Numbered from the stretch's first letter, positions 52,916 to 63,145 are shown. The stretch: DNA of 64,000 nucleotides from Candidatus Yanofskybacteria bacterium (GCA_943359335.1 CALRHC010000002.1:1290-65289); one strand, 5' to 3'. The notes: a model not told the origin generated them from the letters alone. Made by a program: numbers and translations.

Positions 52916-52962
52916 GCCAATTTTATTTGCGAACAAAGTGAGCAATTATTAAAATTGAGCAC
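52916..52962 (-). promoter_or_regulatory. conserved 47-nt 5' leader/promoter motif (family F3 copy B)
   Basis: approx 87% identical to 34717-34763. Confidence 0.5.
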
Positions 52963-52987
52963 TCTGAGTGTAATCGAAGAGTAACGA

Positions 52988-53551
52988 CTACCCATTCTTA
53001 CTCTTTCTTTTTACTATGTAAATAGACGTAACTAAAAGTATTGCCGAAAAATTTAAAATCATAAACCAAGGCGTACTCCAAGGAATACCATCAAATTTCC
53101 AATTGGCTAATGGCCAAAGTATTGGTGTTGGATAAAATTTATAAGAATGAGTTGGTAAATCTATTAATATGTGAAGTAACCAACCCAGCATCTCCCATCT
53201 TATTTTTTTAGTTAAGAAATAAACTAAACCAAAAATAAAAGTAAAAACTACCGCGCTGTGGCTAATGTTATAAAGTGAGTGAGTTAATCTAAATATAAAA
53301 AGTGTATCGCGATTTACAGGTTCAAGCTCGAAGGGATGTGGGATAGTAAATATATTTTGATCTCCCATGCCCAATAAAAAAACTAATGCCGCTGAAATAA
53401 AAATAGGAGCAAAAGCAAAAATATCGGGTAAGATTCCCCATGTTGCTGCCCAAACAGTATTTATTCCCTTTTTATCTTTAAAATATTTAAGTTTAGAACT
53501 AGCAGTTTTAGCAGCTACAGCTGTCCAAAAAGCATGAGAAAATATATCCAT
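52988..53551 (-). CDS. membrane-bound metal-dependent hydrolase (YdjM/DUF457-like)
   Basis: MDIFSHAFW..., HILIDLPTHS His motifs, 4-5 TM. Confidence 0.5.
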   Translation of the reverse strand: MDIFSHAFWTAVAAKTASSKLKYFKDKKGINTVWAATWGILPDIFAFAPIFISAALVFLLGMGDQNIFTIPHPFELEPVNRDTLFIFRLTHSLYNISHSAVVFTFIFGLVYFLTKKIRWEMLGWLLHILIDLPTHSYKFYPTPILWPLANWKFDGIPWSTPWFMILNFSAILLVTSIYIVKRKSKNG

Positions 53552-53560
53552 TTTTTAATT

Positions 53561-55762
53561 TTATTTTAGATCACCCCAATTTTTACCAACCTCTACTTCA
53601 GCTACTATTGGCACACCGATATCGGCAACGTTTTCCATAATATTTTTTACAATCTTTGAATATTTTTCTGCAACTTCTTCCTTAACTTCAAAAACCAATT
53701 CATCGTGAACTTGTAAAATCATTTTTATATCTTTTTTGGAACCTAATTCTTTTTCTATTTCTACCATCGCTGCTTTAACAATATCTCCTGTAGCCGTTCC
53801 TTGTATGGGCATATTTACAGCTTCTCTTTCGGCTGCCGCTCGCATCATTGGGTTAGGTGAATTTAAATCTACAAAACGTTTTCTACCCCATAAAGTTTCA
53901 ACATAACCCTGCGAACGAGCCTTGTTTTTTATATCGCGAATAAATTTAGCCAAACCCGAAAAACCAGCTTCGTAACCACGAATAAATTCTTGGGCCTCAC
54001 TTAATGTTACACCGGCTGATTGACTAAAAGCTCTTGGGCCCATGCCATAAAGCACGCCGAAGTTTAATGTTTTAGCTTCACGGCGCATGTCTTTTGTAAC
54101 TTTATCTAGCGGAACATTAAAAACTTCAGCTGCGGTTCTAGTATGAATATCTTCGCCTTTTTTAAAAGTGTCTATCATTTTTTCGTCGCCCGACATCGCC
54201 GCCGCTACACGAAGCTCTATTTGAGAATAGTCTGCCGCCAAAATCAGCCAACCATCTGGAGCAGTAAATGCTCGCCTAATTTCTAAACCATATTCACCTT
54301 TGGTTGGAATATTTTGTAAGTTTGGATTTTCCGAAGATAATCTACCTGTAACTGCGCCCAACTGTTTAAATGTTGTATGCAATCTACCGTCTGTACCAAC
54401 TAATCTTGGTAAGGCATCAACATATGTAGATTTTAATTTTGAAAGTTCGCGCCAACGCAAAATCAAAGGGAAAATTGGATGAGAATCTTTTAATTTATCT
54501 AGCTGATCAAATGCAGTAGAATATGCCCCGCTCTTTTTTGTTTTTTTAATTTTAGCTCCACCTAAATTTAGCTTTTCAAAAAGTATTCGGCCAAGTTCTT
54601 GAGTGGAATTTATATTAAATTCTTCTCCGGCAAATTCTATTATTTTATTTTTAATTTCAGCTAGTTCTTTTTCGAACTTTTCGCTTAAATTTTTTAACAG
54701 CTTAACGTCTAATAAAATACCTGTTTTTTCCATCTTTCTTAACACCGGCCGTACATCTTTTTCTAGTTTGTATATTTTTTCCGAAAAAATTCCTTTTTTA
54801 TAATATTCGTCTAGTTCGTCACCAATTAATTGAGCCTGCTCTGGAATTGATTCCTGTTCAGCCTCTATGCCCTTAAGATCATTAAGACGATTAATCAAAC
54901 TTTTAAAACCAAATCTAAAAAAAAGTTTTTTAATTTCTTCGTTTTCTACCAAATTAAAAGCGGTTTTTATAAAATCTAAATCAACCGGAACATCTCTTTT
55001 TATGGTTGCCAATCTTTTACTTAAAAATGCATCATCTTTGTTTACCGAAAGTTTTTCGAATAACTTAACACTTTTAACTTTAATCTTTTCTAAATTTTTA
55101 TATATATTTTCTAAACTGCCATATTCATTTAATAAATTAATAGCTGTTTTTTCGCCAATACCAAGCACGCCCGGGATATTGTCGGAAGCATCGCCTTTTA
55201 AGCCTTTAAGATCTGTTATTTGGCTTGGCCCCAAACCTTCGTATCTTTCACGAACAAGGACTTCGTTATATATAACGGTATCGTTTACGCCTTTTTTAAG
55301 CGTATAAACCAAAATATTTTCGTCGTCTATTAATTGTAAACAATCTAAATCACCCGTAACTATTATTTTTGTAAGTTCTTTTTTATTTTTTAATTTTTCT
55401 ACAACCGTGCCGATAATATCGTCAGCCTCAAAACTTTGAAGTTGTAAGACCGGAATTTTAAAAGCTTCTACAAGTTCCTTAACCAAAGAAAATTGATTAA
55501 TTAACGCATCATCTGTTGCAGGCCTATGGGCCTTATATTCTTTGTATTCTTTTTCCCGAAAAGTTGGGCCGGCCATATCAAACGCCGCCACAATATATTG
55601 TGGTTTTAATTCTTTAATAACGCGCATCAACACGCTGGCGAAACCATAAACAGCCTGCACTTGCCTACCATCTGGCGCAGTTAAAATTGGCAAAGCGTGA
55701 TAAGCGCGGTGGATTAAAGCATGACTGTCGATAATTACTAATTTTTCTTTTTCGTTTTTCAT
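53561..55762 (-). CDS. polA: DNA polymerase I (5'-3' exonuclease plus polymerase; short)
   Basis: 733 aa, 5' nuclease N-terminus, polymerase motifs A/B/C incl. QVHDELVFEV. Confidence 0.9.
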   Translation of the reverse strand: MKNEKEKLVIIDSHALIHRAYHALPILTAPDGRQVQAVYGFASVLMRVIKELKPQYIVAAFDMAGPTFREKEYKEYKAHRPATDDALINQFSLVKELVEAFKIPVLQLQSFEADDIIGTVVEKLKNKKELTKIIVTGDLDCLQLIDDENILVYTLKKGVNDTVIYNEVLVRERYEGLGPSQITDLKGLKGDASDNIPGVLGIGEKTAINLLNEYGSLENIYKNLEKIKVKSVKLFEKLSVNKDDAFLSKRLATIKRDVPVDLDFIKTAFNLVENEEIKKLFFRFGFKSLINRLNDLKGIEAEQESIPEQAQLIGDELDEYYKKGIFSEKIYKLEKDVRPVLRKMEKTGILLDVKLLKNLSEKFEKELAEIKNKIIEFAGEEFNINSTQELGRILFEKLNLGGAKIKKTKKSGAYSTAFDQLDKLKDSHPIFPLILRWRELSKLKSTYVDALPRLVGTDGRLHTTFKQLGAVTGRLSSENPNLQNIPTKGEYGLEIRRAFTAPDGWLILAADYSQIELRVAAAMSGDEKMIDTFKKGEDIHTRTAAEVFNVPLDKVTKDMRREAKTLNFGVLYGMGPRAFSQSAGVTLSEAQEFIRGYEAGFSGLAKFIRDIKNKARSQGYVETLWGRKRFVDLNSPNPMMRAAAEREAVNMPIQGTATGDIVKAAMVEIEKELGSKKDIKMILQVHDELVFEVKEEVAEKYSKIVKNIMENVADIGVPIVAEVEVGKNWGDLK

Positions 55763-56193
55763 TTAATAACAACTTTTCTTTCTTTTTCATTTAGAACACT
55801 AAAGTAAATTCTAACAGTATTTTTGGGTAAAAGCTTTTCTATTTTTTCTGGCCACTCTATTACCAAAATATTTTCTTTATCTTTTAATAAATCTTTTAAA
55901 CCTAAACTTGTTAAATCTTTTGCCGAATTTAAACGATAAGTATCTATATGAGTTAAAAATTTAAAACTACCAACTGGTTTTGATAAAGAAAAAGTTTTCA
56001 TAATAACAAAAGTTGGGCTTAGTATTTTTTCTTTTACACCCAAAGCCTTAGCCAAAAATTGGGTAAACGTAGTTTTACCCGAACCTAAGTTTCCGTACAA
56101 CGCCAAAACAGAACCGCTGTTTTTTGCTAAATCTTTGGTTATTTTTTTAGCCAGTTTTTCGGTGTCTTTTAAACTCTTTAATACAATCTCCAT
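55759..56193 (-). CDS. tsaE: tRNA threonylcarbamoyladenosine biosynthesis ATPase TsaE
   Basis: GNLGSGKTTF Walker A, 144 aa. Confidence 0.85.
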   Translation of the reverse strand: MEIVLKSLKDTEKLAKKITKDLAKNSGSVLALYGNLGSGKTTFTQFLAKALGVKEKILSPTFVIMKTFSLSKPVGSFKFLTHIDTYRLNSAKDLTSLGLKDLLKDKENILVIEWPEKIEKLLPKNTVRIYFSVLNEKERKVVIK

Positions 56194-56229
56194 CAGCCCA
56201 ATGTTAGCAAACGCGCGAGTATAAAAAAA

Positions 56230-56251
56230 GGAGCGTTCGTTTGAACACTCC
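56230..56251 (-). terminator. hairpin GGAGCGTTCG-TT-TGAACACTCC after lipoprotein gene
   Basis: minus-strand T-run TTTTTTTAT. Confidence 0.55.
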
Positions 56252-56260
56252 TTTAAAAGG

Positions 56261-56896
56261 TTATGGGTTTCTGACTTTGTGAATTCCGCGCTGAAGTAAC
56301 ATGTTCACATCAATCGTCATGTTCAGTGTATTCGAACCACGATATTCCCGCGGATTTCTGTCGGGTAGGTAAACCACGTCGTTTACCACTTCTCTGACGT
56401 GTTCACCAGCATTTGTACCCAAGTACGGGATATAGGTATAAACGTCACTGGCGGGCTCTGTAGCCACCCTGCCAGTACATATCTGCGGAGGGCCAACCAT
56501 ACAATCAGTCATATCTTTAGATATCACCAAAAGAGTGTACTCCTGCCCCGGATAAAACCCACCCATTAGCTTGGTTATGTATTGGGGATAAGGATCCCTA
56601 GGGCTGTCGGCCGGCCCCAAACCGAAAGATCCGATTGGAACCACACAGAGAGCCGGATAACCCTTATCATCGTACACAATAAGATCGTCTCTATAGTAGT
56701 GCCCGTTAAAAACCAAGACATCCCGCCATACAGACGACCTATTAACAAATAGCAGATTACCCTGACGCAAGCGCTCTCTACCAAGATCCTTTACTGGCAT
56801 CACCTGCGGGTTTTGAACCACGGGCAGTTGATATGTATGGATCGCACAGCTATTTAGCACGATTATTGCTAAAAAAACTAGACTTTTAAGGAACAT
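56261..56896 (-). CDS. hypothetical lipoprotein in GC-rich single-gene island
   Basis: signal peptide plus lipobox LNSC; composition unlike flanks. Confidence 0.6.
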   Translation of the reverse strand: MFLKSLVFLAIIVLNSCAIHTYQLPVVQNPQVMPVKDLGRERLRQGNLLFVNRSSVWRDVLVFNGHYYRDDLIVYDDKGYPALCVVPIGSFGLGPADSPRDPYPQYITKLMGGFYPGQEYTLLVISKDMTDCMVGPPQICTGRVATEPASDVYTYIPYLGTNAGEHVREVVNDVVYLPDRNPREYRGSNTLNMTIDVNMLLQRGIHKVRNP

Positions 56897-57025
56897 AACG
56901 CACCTCCATCGTATATGTTTTAGCGTTTTTTAACTTTTTATATACTACATAAAAGTAATATCTTTGTCAAATAGATAGTTTACTTGATAAAATGTTTGTA
57001 TATGCCCAGTAACACTACTTCAAAC

Positions 57026-57286
57026 ATGTTCTTCTACACGTATGTGTTGCTGAGTTTAAAAGACGGTAGGTTCTATATGGGTTATACTAATGATTTAAAG
57101 CGTAGAGTAGAAGAACATAATTCTGGCAAAAGTTTTGCTACCGAACCCAGAAGACCATTTAAACTGGTTTACTACGAAGCATGTCTGAACAAGAATGATG
57201 CCGAGAACAGAGAAGATTATTTAAAAAGTACTATTGGTCGAAGATTTTTATCAAAAAGATTAAGAAACTTTAAAAGGGAAATATAA
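57026..57286 (+). CDS. GIY-YIG nuclease family small protein
   Basis: MFFYTYVLLSLKDGRFYMGYTNDLKRRVEEHN. Confidence 0.65.
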   Translation: MFFYTYVLLSLKDGRFYMGYTNDLKRRVEEHNSGKSFATEPRRPFKLVYYEACLNKNDAENREDYLKSTIGRRFLSKRLRNFKREI

Positions 57287-57319
57287 AACTTTTGCCTTTT
57301 GAAGTAGAGTTAACTGGGT

Positions 57320-58966
57320 ATGGATGAACTAACTCAACAACGCGATGATAAATTAACCGATATTCATCGTGGGCAAGAAGAATCTGCTTGCGAATTAAAA
57401 GCCCAAAAACTTGGTTTAAATTATATCAACCTCGCGCATGTTCCAGTTGAACGCGATAGTTTACACTTTATTCCCAAAGAAGAGGCCGAGAGAATAAGGG
57501 CTATCGTTATTCTTAAAAAAGGCCAAACTCTTAAACTGGGTGCAGTTGAACCAGCAAACGAAGAAACTAAACAGGTTGCAGAAAGATTAAAATCTCAAGG
57601 TTTTAATATAGAAATTTTTATGATTTCTATATCATCTTTCAAAAAAGCCTTAGATGAATTTAAGTTTCTACCCTCACAAATTAAAGGTGCCTCTACTTCT
57701 GGCGAAATATCTTTAGAAAAAATAGAAATATTAAAAAAAGAATTAGCAACCTTTGCCAATCTTAAAACTAAATTATCGCAAGTGAACCAAACCGATACTA
57801 GCGCTCTTTTAGAAATATTTTTAAGCGCAGCTTTAACGCTAGAAGTTTCCGATATTCATGTGGAGCCTCAAGAAAATCAAACACAGATACGTTTTAGGTT
57901 AGATGGTGTTTTACAAGATGCCGGAACAGTTATAAAGACTGTTTACGAATCGGTTCTTTCCAGAATCAAATTGCTTTCCGGTTTAAGGTTAAATGTTAAA
58001 GATGTTCCGCAAGATGGTCGTTTTACCATTAAAGAAGATGGTGCGGAAGTTGAAGTTAGGGTTTCTATACTCCCTGGTGCTTATGGCGAATATATAGTTT
58101 TAAGAATTTTAAACCCTAACGCAATTAAATTAAATATTAAAGATTTAGGTTTTAGAGATTATCTTTGGCAAAAATTAGAACCAGAAATTAAAAAACCTAG
58201 TGGCATAATTTTAGTAACAGGCCCAACAGGATCTGGTAAAACAACAACACTTTACGCTTTTTTAAAACACTTAAACCAACCAGGAATTAAAATTATTACA
58301 TTAGAAGATCCTATTGAATACCATCTGCAAGGTATAGATCAATCACAAGTTGAACCAGAAAAAGGCTACACTTTTGCCCAAGGACTGCGCTCTATTTTGC
58401 GCCAAGACCCAAATATTATATTGGTTGGAGAAATTCGCGACGAAGAAACTGCCGATGTTGCGCTTCACGCCGCCTTAACCGGACATTTAGTTTTTTCTAC
58501 ACTTCATACCAACGATGCCATTGGTGCCATCCCCCGCTTTCTAGATTTAAATGCTAAGTCTCAAATTTTAGCTTCTGCATTAAATGCAGCTATCGGGCAA
58601 AGATTGGTTAGAAAATTATGTTCTAGCTGCAAAGCTCCAGCCGATGGAGATGACGTAGAAAAAATTAAAAAGAATTTATCGGATATTCCTGAAAACATAA
58701 TTCCTAAAGAAATCACTGTTTACAAAAAAGTTGGTTGTGAAAAATGTGGCGGCACAGGGTACAAGGGTAGAATCGGTATTTACGAAGTAGTTTTTGTTAG
58801 CGACTCTTTAGAAAAATTAATAGCAACAAACCCTTCCCATCAAGATATTTTAACGGAAGCCAAAAAAAATGGTTTTATAACAATGTTCCAAGATGGTTTA
58901 CTTAGAGTACTCGAAGGAGAAACAACACTAGAAGAAATATCTAGAGTTACGTCTTCTAATGTATAA
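57320..58966 (+). CDS. pilB: type II/IV secretion system ATPase (PilB/GspE family)
   Basis: GSPII_E N-domain, Walker A GPTGSGKTTT, tetracysteine CxxC...CxxC. Confidence 0.9.
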   Translation: MDELTQQRDDKLTDIHRGQEESACELKAQKLGLNYINLAHVPVERDSLHFIPKEEAERIRAIVILKKGQTLKLGAVEPANEETKQVAERLKSQGFNIEIFMISISSFKKALDEFKFLPSQIKGASTSGEISLEKIEILKKELATFANLKTKLSQVNQTDTSALLEIFLSAALTLEVSDIHVEPQENQTQIRFRLDGVLQDAGTVIKTVYESVLSRIKLLSGLRLNVKDVPQDGRFTIKEDGAEVEVRVSILPGAYGEYIVLRILNPNAIKLNIKDLGFRDYLWQKLEPEIKKPSGIILVTGPTGSGKTTTLYAFLKHLNQPGIKIITLEDPIEYHLQGIDQSQVEPEKGYTFAQGLRSILRQDPNIILVGEIRDEETADVALHAALTGHLVFSTLHTNDAIGAIPRFLDLNAKSQILASALNAAIGQRLVRKLCSSCKAPADGDDVEKIKKNLSDIPENIIPKEITVYKKVGCEKCGGTGYKGRIGIYEVVFVSDSLEKLIATNPSHQDILTEAKKNGFITMFQDGLLRVLEGETTLEEISRVTSSNV

Positions 58967-58972
58967 AAATAT

Positions 58973-59002
58973 CCCCCGACGTAAAGTCGAGGGACATTTT
59001 TT
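58973..59002 (+). terminator. intrinsic terminator CCCCCGAC-GTAAA-GTCGAGGG plus TTTTTT after pilB
   Basis: GC stem plus T-run. Confidence 0.6.
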
Positions 59003-59019
59003 GTGTTTCTGTTAAAAAA

Positions 59020-59183
59020 GTCTGCAGGCAAACCCCTTGGGCGTAAACGCCTTCGGGGTAACCCCCGAATCTTGGGAAACACAGGGAGAGAATCTCGCTG
59101 AGGATAGGCTCAGCCTCCTGATACAAGACCAGAAAACCAATCCGTCCTAAACTAAGCCAAGTTCCCTTTGCCTACAGGCTTTT
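59020..59183 (+). ncRNA. candidate structured RNA (class unknown): ends pair (TCTGCAGGCAAA/TTTGCCTACAGG), internal GC hairpins, 3' T-run
   Basis: GC-rich relative to flanks; hairpins CCCCTTGGGCG-TAAA-CGCCTTCGGGG, GAGA-GAA-TCTC, GCTGAG-GATAGG-CTCAGC. Confidence 0.4.
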
Positions 59184-59323
59184 AAAACGAAACAACAATA
59201 CTCTTATTTTAATTCTTAAAATGCATTATGTCAAGCCTATGTGGAAAACGTGTGGAAACAGCCTAAAGCAGGCATTTTTACCACTGTTTAAGGCCTTTTG
59301 CCTGTGTTAATCTTATAGTTAAT

Positions 59324-60331
59324 ATGCTAACAACTCCCAAAAACCAGCCAGAGGATAATAGTCTAGACCAAACTCTTCGCCCATCTACTCTTTCCGAATA
59401 TGTTGGGCAAGAGCAAATAAAAGAAAACCTTGGTATTTTCTTAACTGCTGCTAAAAAAAGAGGTGAGGTTTTAGAGCATATTTTGCTTTACGGCCCCGCA
59501 GGACTAGGAAAAACCACATTAGCTTATATAATTGCTGGGGAATTAAGTAAAAATATTAAAATGACTTCGGGACCAGCACTCGAAAAGTCTGGCGATTTAG
59601 GCGCTATTTTAACCAACCTTAAAGAAGGCGACGTTTTGTTTATAGACGAAATCCACAGGTTAAACAAAGTTGTGGAAGAAATGCTTTACCCCGCTATGGA
59701 AGATTTTGTTTTCGATATTATTATTGGCAAAGGTCCATCGGCAAAAACAATACAATTAAAACTTCCTCACTTTACTATGATTGGCGCTACCACAAGCATT
59801 GGGAATCTAACATCTGCTTTTAGAAGCAGATTTGGTGCCACTTATAAGCTAGAATTTTATGAAAATTCGGATATAGAAAAAATATTAAAACGTTCGTCTA
59901 GAATATTAAATGTTAAATCTGACGCCGAAGGAATTAATTTAATAGCTTCGCGTAGTCGCCAGACCCCACGCGTAGCAAACAGATTATTAAAAAGAGTGCG
60001 AGATTATGTAGAGGTAAAAGCCGATGGTGTTATTAAGAAAGACATTGCGGAGAAAGCATTGGCAATGTTAGCAGTAGATGAACTAGGTTTAGAAAACGCC
60101 GATAGAAAAATTTTAGAAACTATAATAAAAAAGTTTAACGGTGGACCAGTTGGTATTCAGGCGCTCGCTGCTTCCGCAGGCGAAGAGGAAAATACTATTT
60201 TGGAAGTTTACGAACCTTATTTGTTACAGCTTGGTTTTATAAACCGCACTCCACGTGGACGCGAAGCTACATTATCGGCTTATAATCATTTAAAAATAAA
60301 AGCACCTCCGCAAACTAAAAATCTTATATAA
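59324..60331 (+). CDS. ruvB: Holliday junction DNA helicase RuvB
   Basis: [11 protein letters not shown] Walker A, 335 aa. Confidence 0.95.
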   Translation: MLTTPKNQPEDNSLDQTLRPSTLSEYVGQEQIKENLGIFLTAAKKRGEVLEHILLYGPAGLGKTTLAYIIAGELSKNIKMTSGPALEKSGDLGAILTNLKEGDVLFIDEIHRLNKVVEEMLYPAMEDFVFDIIIGKGPSAKTIQLKLPHFTMIGATTSIGNLTSAFRSRFGATYKLEFYENSDIEKILKRSSRILNVKSDAEGINLIASRSRQTPRVANRLLKRVRDYVEVKADGVIKKDIAEKALAMLAVDELGLENADRKILETIIKKFNGGPVGIQALAASAGEEENTILEVYEPYLLQLGFINRTPRGREATLSAYNHLKIKAPPQTKNLI

Positions 60332-60336
60332 AAAAA

Positions 60337-60359
60337 CCCGCCACGTTGGACGTGGCGGG
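60337..60359. terminator. GC hairpin CCCGCCACG-TTGGA-CGTGGCGGG between convergent ruvB and adhesin gene
   Basis: T-run on minus strand side (AAAAAAA on +). Confidence 0.6.
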
Positions 60360-60366
60360 GGTAGAG

Positions 60367-62997
60367 TTAAGGAACTGTTTCGCCGAAATGATCAGCGAAA
60401 ATGAAAAAGTCATTGTTGTTGATAAAGTTGTCTCCGTCGAGGTCAAACCTCGCCAACTCCTGCGGAGTATGTTCAACCTTGTCGGTCTGCTCCACAAACA
60501 GAAAGAAGTCTGCGAAATCGATCCTCTTGTCGCCGGTGAAATCCGGCGACGGCGGCAACCTAACGATTTGGATATATTCCTCTTTGGTTTTCGGCGAAAC
60601 TTTCTCACCGTTAACCAAAGTTACCACCAAACTCGGGGAATACTTCCCCCGAGTCCGGTATACATGGGTCGGATTATTCACAATACTCGAATCTCCATCA
60701 CCAAAATACATGACGTGAGAAGAGTATCGCAACCCCTCCAACTTGTAAGTGAACTGAACTTCCAAACTATCAACTCCCTGCCGAGCATTGACAGAGAAAT
60801 CGACAACGGAAGCTGGTCCCCATGGAGGATCAGTTGCTGTTGAAGACAACTTCACCCTGATCGGACTCCCCAGACCAACGAAGTACAGATAGACGTACGT
60901 CTGCTTGTCTCCGATGGTTCTTGTAGGAGTGAACTCGACCCAAATATCCTTGGTTGAGTTCGGTGAAATGGTGAAGTTGGGTTCCGTAAGAACACGGAAA
61001 TCCAACGAATCCAATCCGCCCACCCTATATCGAAAAACCTCGGTTCCAACATCTCCAGTATTGGAAATACTGAACTTGGCAGTGCTACTACCCTTGCCAA
61101 GCTCAACAGGAGGAAGACCAACAATTTCCTGCGAAGCTACGATATTGGCATCGCGTGTAGCGATCCAAATTGTATCCGACATTGGTTGATGATCTGCACC
61201 TCCTGGTCCTTCAAATTCCGCCTCTACCACATACGCGCCAACTTCAGTGAACACATATGTGAGAGTGTCTCTGTAACCAGATTGTCTGAAACTCTTGAAC
61301 TCTCTTGAGTTCGTGAGACTAGAAAGACGGGTTATCTGCCAATCCGAAAGAGTGACAGATCCTCCAAGATTCTCGTTCCTGAAAAAGATTGAGTATGGAG
61401 GAGAACCTGCGAGAGAGGACGGAATAATGTTAATAGTCGGCCTCGCTTGCGGAGGAGGGTCTTTCCCTACTCCACTTAAAAACACAGAACTGCTTCCACC
61501 TTGACCGTTATGATTAATGTTCAGGGTGGCCGTACGAGAACCTACAACCTGCGGCGAGAAAATCACCGACGCGTTGTAGGTTTCTCCTGGAGCGATAGTG
61601 ATGGCAGACGGACCACTTAATGTAAAAGCGGTACTGCTCCCACCGATGTACATACTAGTGATAAATAAATTACTACCACCAGTATTTTGAAGCGGGATAG
61701 TAAAACTAGAACCACTGCTTCGCACGATAGTGCTATCGGCCGAGTAGTTAGTACTCGAAACCGTAAGCACGGGCACGGGAGTAGTTGTTCCAGTTCCAGT
61801 TCCAGTAAACACAGCAGACGCCGTACTACCAGAACCGTAACTTGCAACCAGCGTTGCGGATTTACTTCCCGCAGACGCCGGTGTAAAGCTGACAGTTACC
61901 AACAGACTATCGTTCGCTGGAACTGAAGCGCTCACAGGACTTACCCCGAACTCGCTATTTGTGGTAGCAAGCCCAATCGCAATCACACCAGAAGTAGGAT
62001 TGCGTAGGTAAACCGTTCTGCTGGCACTCCCACCGGTATTGGTAGAACCAATATCGACAGAAGTTACTGAGAAAGCTACAGGACCAGTGACCACAGAGCC
62101 ACCACTCGAACTTCCTCCTCCACCAGTTGCAACGCCATTTCCAGTCATCGCAATCACCGCAGGACTATTAACCCCATTGTGATTCATCGTGATATTTCCA
62201 GAAGCACTTCCGGCCGACGTCGGCGTAAAGCCAACAGTGACCGTAGTGCTATCACCCACATTCACGTTTACGCTCGGAGGAATCGCCGGTGAAACAGTGA
62301 ACAGTGGATTACTGGAAACAACACCGCTGATCGACATTACTGCCGTACCAGTATTCTTGATCTTGAGAGTGAGCTGGGAGGTTAATCCCGTGTTCACATC
62401 TCCAAAACCAAGACTATTTGGTACTGGAGTGGCTTGAGCTAGTGGAGTTGTATAACCCGAAAGGGCCATAGCAAATCCAATACCAGCAGAAGGACTGACC
62501 CATCCTCCATTTCTGAAGAAGGACATCCCTCCGTGTTCAACACCACCAAAGCTCGTAGTTCCAGCGCCACGCCGAACCTTGTAATAGTTGGCGTTGCTAC
62601 CGGAACCAGAACGAGTCAGTACGATAGATATATTCGGTGAAGTAGTAATCGCGGGAGACGAAAGCGTATAGGTTCTCTCTGAAAAAGAATTATCCAGAGA
62701 CGCCCCAGATGCTGAAGCGCTCGAAAGAAGAACGCCTCCTTGTCTTACCTCGATCACCACATTGTCGTTAGGGCTTCCGCCTTTAGACAATGCCGTAGTG
62801 ACACTGGTAATTACGTATCCCGGAGGAACGGTCACGTTTTCCATAACCTGTTCGTCGGTTCCTACTTCGCCACCGAACCCAGAACTGCAGCACATGTCCG
62901 TATTTACACCACCCAACACAACCACCGTTTGAGCCGACGAAATCGTCGCCCAAACCAACATCAAAATGGCCAAAATACGGCCGATTGCATTGTTCAT
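60367..62997 (-). CDS. large secreted protein with tandem Ig-like (ASH/choice-of-anchor-D-like) repeats, PKD-like domain and C-terminal dockerin-like Ca-binding module; GC-rich island
   Basis: signal peptide; repeats ...FTPTSAGSASGNITMNHNG / FTPASAGSKSATL / FSPQVVGSRTATLNINHNG; C-terminal DFTGDKRIDFADFF...DLDGDNFINNNDFFIF; GAGGAGG SD. Confidence 0.8.
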   Translation of the reverse strand: MNNAIGRILAILMLVWATISSAQTVVVLGGVNTDMCCSSGFGGEVGTDEQVMENVTVPPGYVITSVTTALSKGGSPNDNVVIEVRQGGVLLSSASASGASLDNSFSERTYTLSSPAITTSPNISIVLTRSGSGSNANYYKVRRGAGTTSFGGVEHGGMSFFRNGGWVSPSAGIGFAMALSGYTTPLAQATPVPNSLGFGDVNTGLTSQLTLKIKNTGTAVMSISGVVSSNPLFTVSPAIPPSVNVNVGDSTTVTVGFTPTSAGSASGNITMNHNGVNSPAVIAMTGNGVATGGGGSSSGGSVVTGPVAFSVTSVDIGSTNTGGSASRTVYLRNPTSGVIAIGLATTNSEFGVSPVSASVPANDSLLVTVSFTPASAGSKSATLVASYGSGSTASAVFTGTGTGTTTPVPVLTVSSTNYSADSTIVRSSGSSFTIPLQNTGGSNLFITSMYIGGSSTAFTLSGPSAITIAPGETYNASVIFSPQVVGSRTATLNINHNGQGGSSSVFLSGVGKDPPPQARPTINIIPSSLAGSPPYSIFFRNENLGGSVTLSDWQITRLSSLTNSREFKSFRQSGYRDTLTYVFTEVGAYVVEAEFEGPGGADHQPMSDTIWIATRDANIVASQEIVGLPPVELGKGSSTAKFSISNTGDVGTEVFRYRVGGLDSLDFRVLTEPNFTISPNSTKDIWVEFTPTRTIGDKQTYVYLYFVGLGSPIRVKLSSTATDPPWGPASVVDFSVNARQGVDSLEVQFTYKLEGLRYSSHVMYFGDGDSSIVNNPTHVYRTRGKYSPSLVVTLVNGEKVSPKTKEEYIQIVRLPPSPDFTGDKRIDFADFFLFVEQTDKVEHTPQELARFDLDGDNFINNNDFFIFADHFGETVP

Positions 62998-63145
62998 AAC
63001 TACCTCCTCTTATCCACATGGGATAGGTATAGGGGTTGGTTAATAAAATTAATGACACCTTTTGACTTTTTTGTAAAGGTACTATTAAACAAACTATACC
63101 ACTCTGAAAGTTGTTTGTAAAGGGCTGAGCAATTACCAAAAAAGT

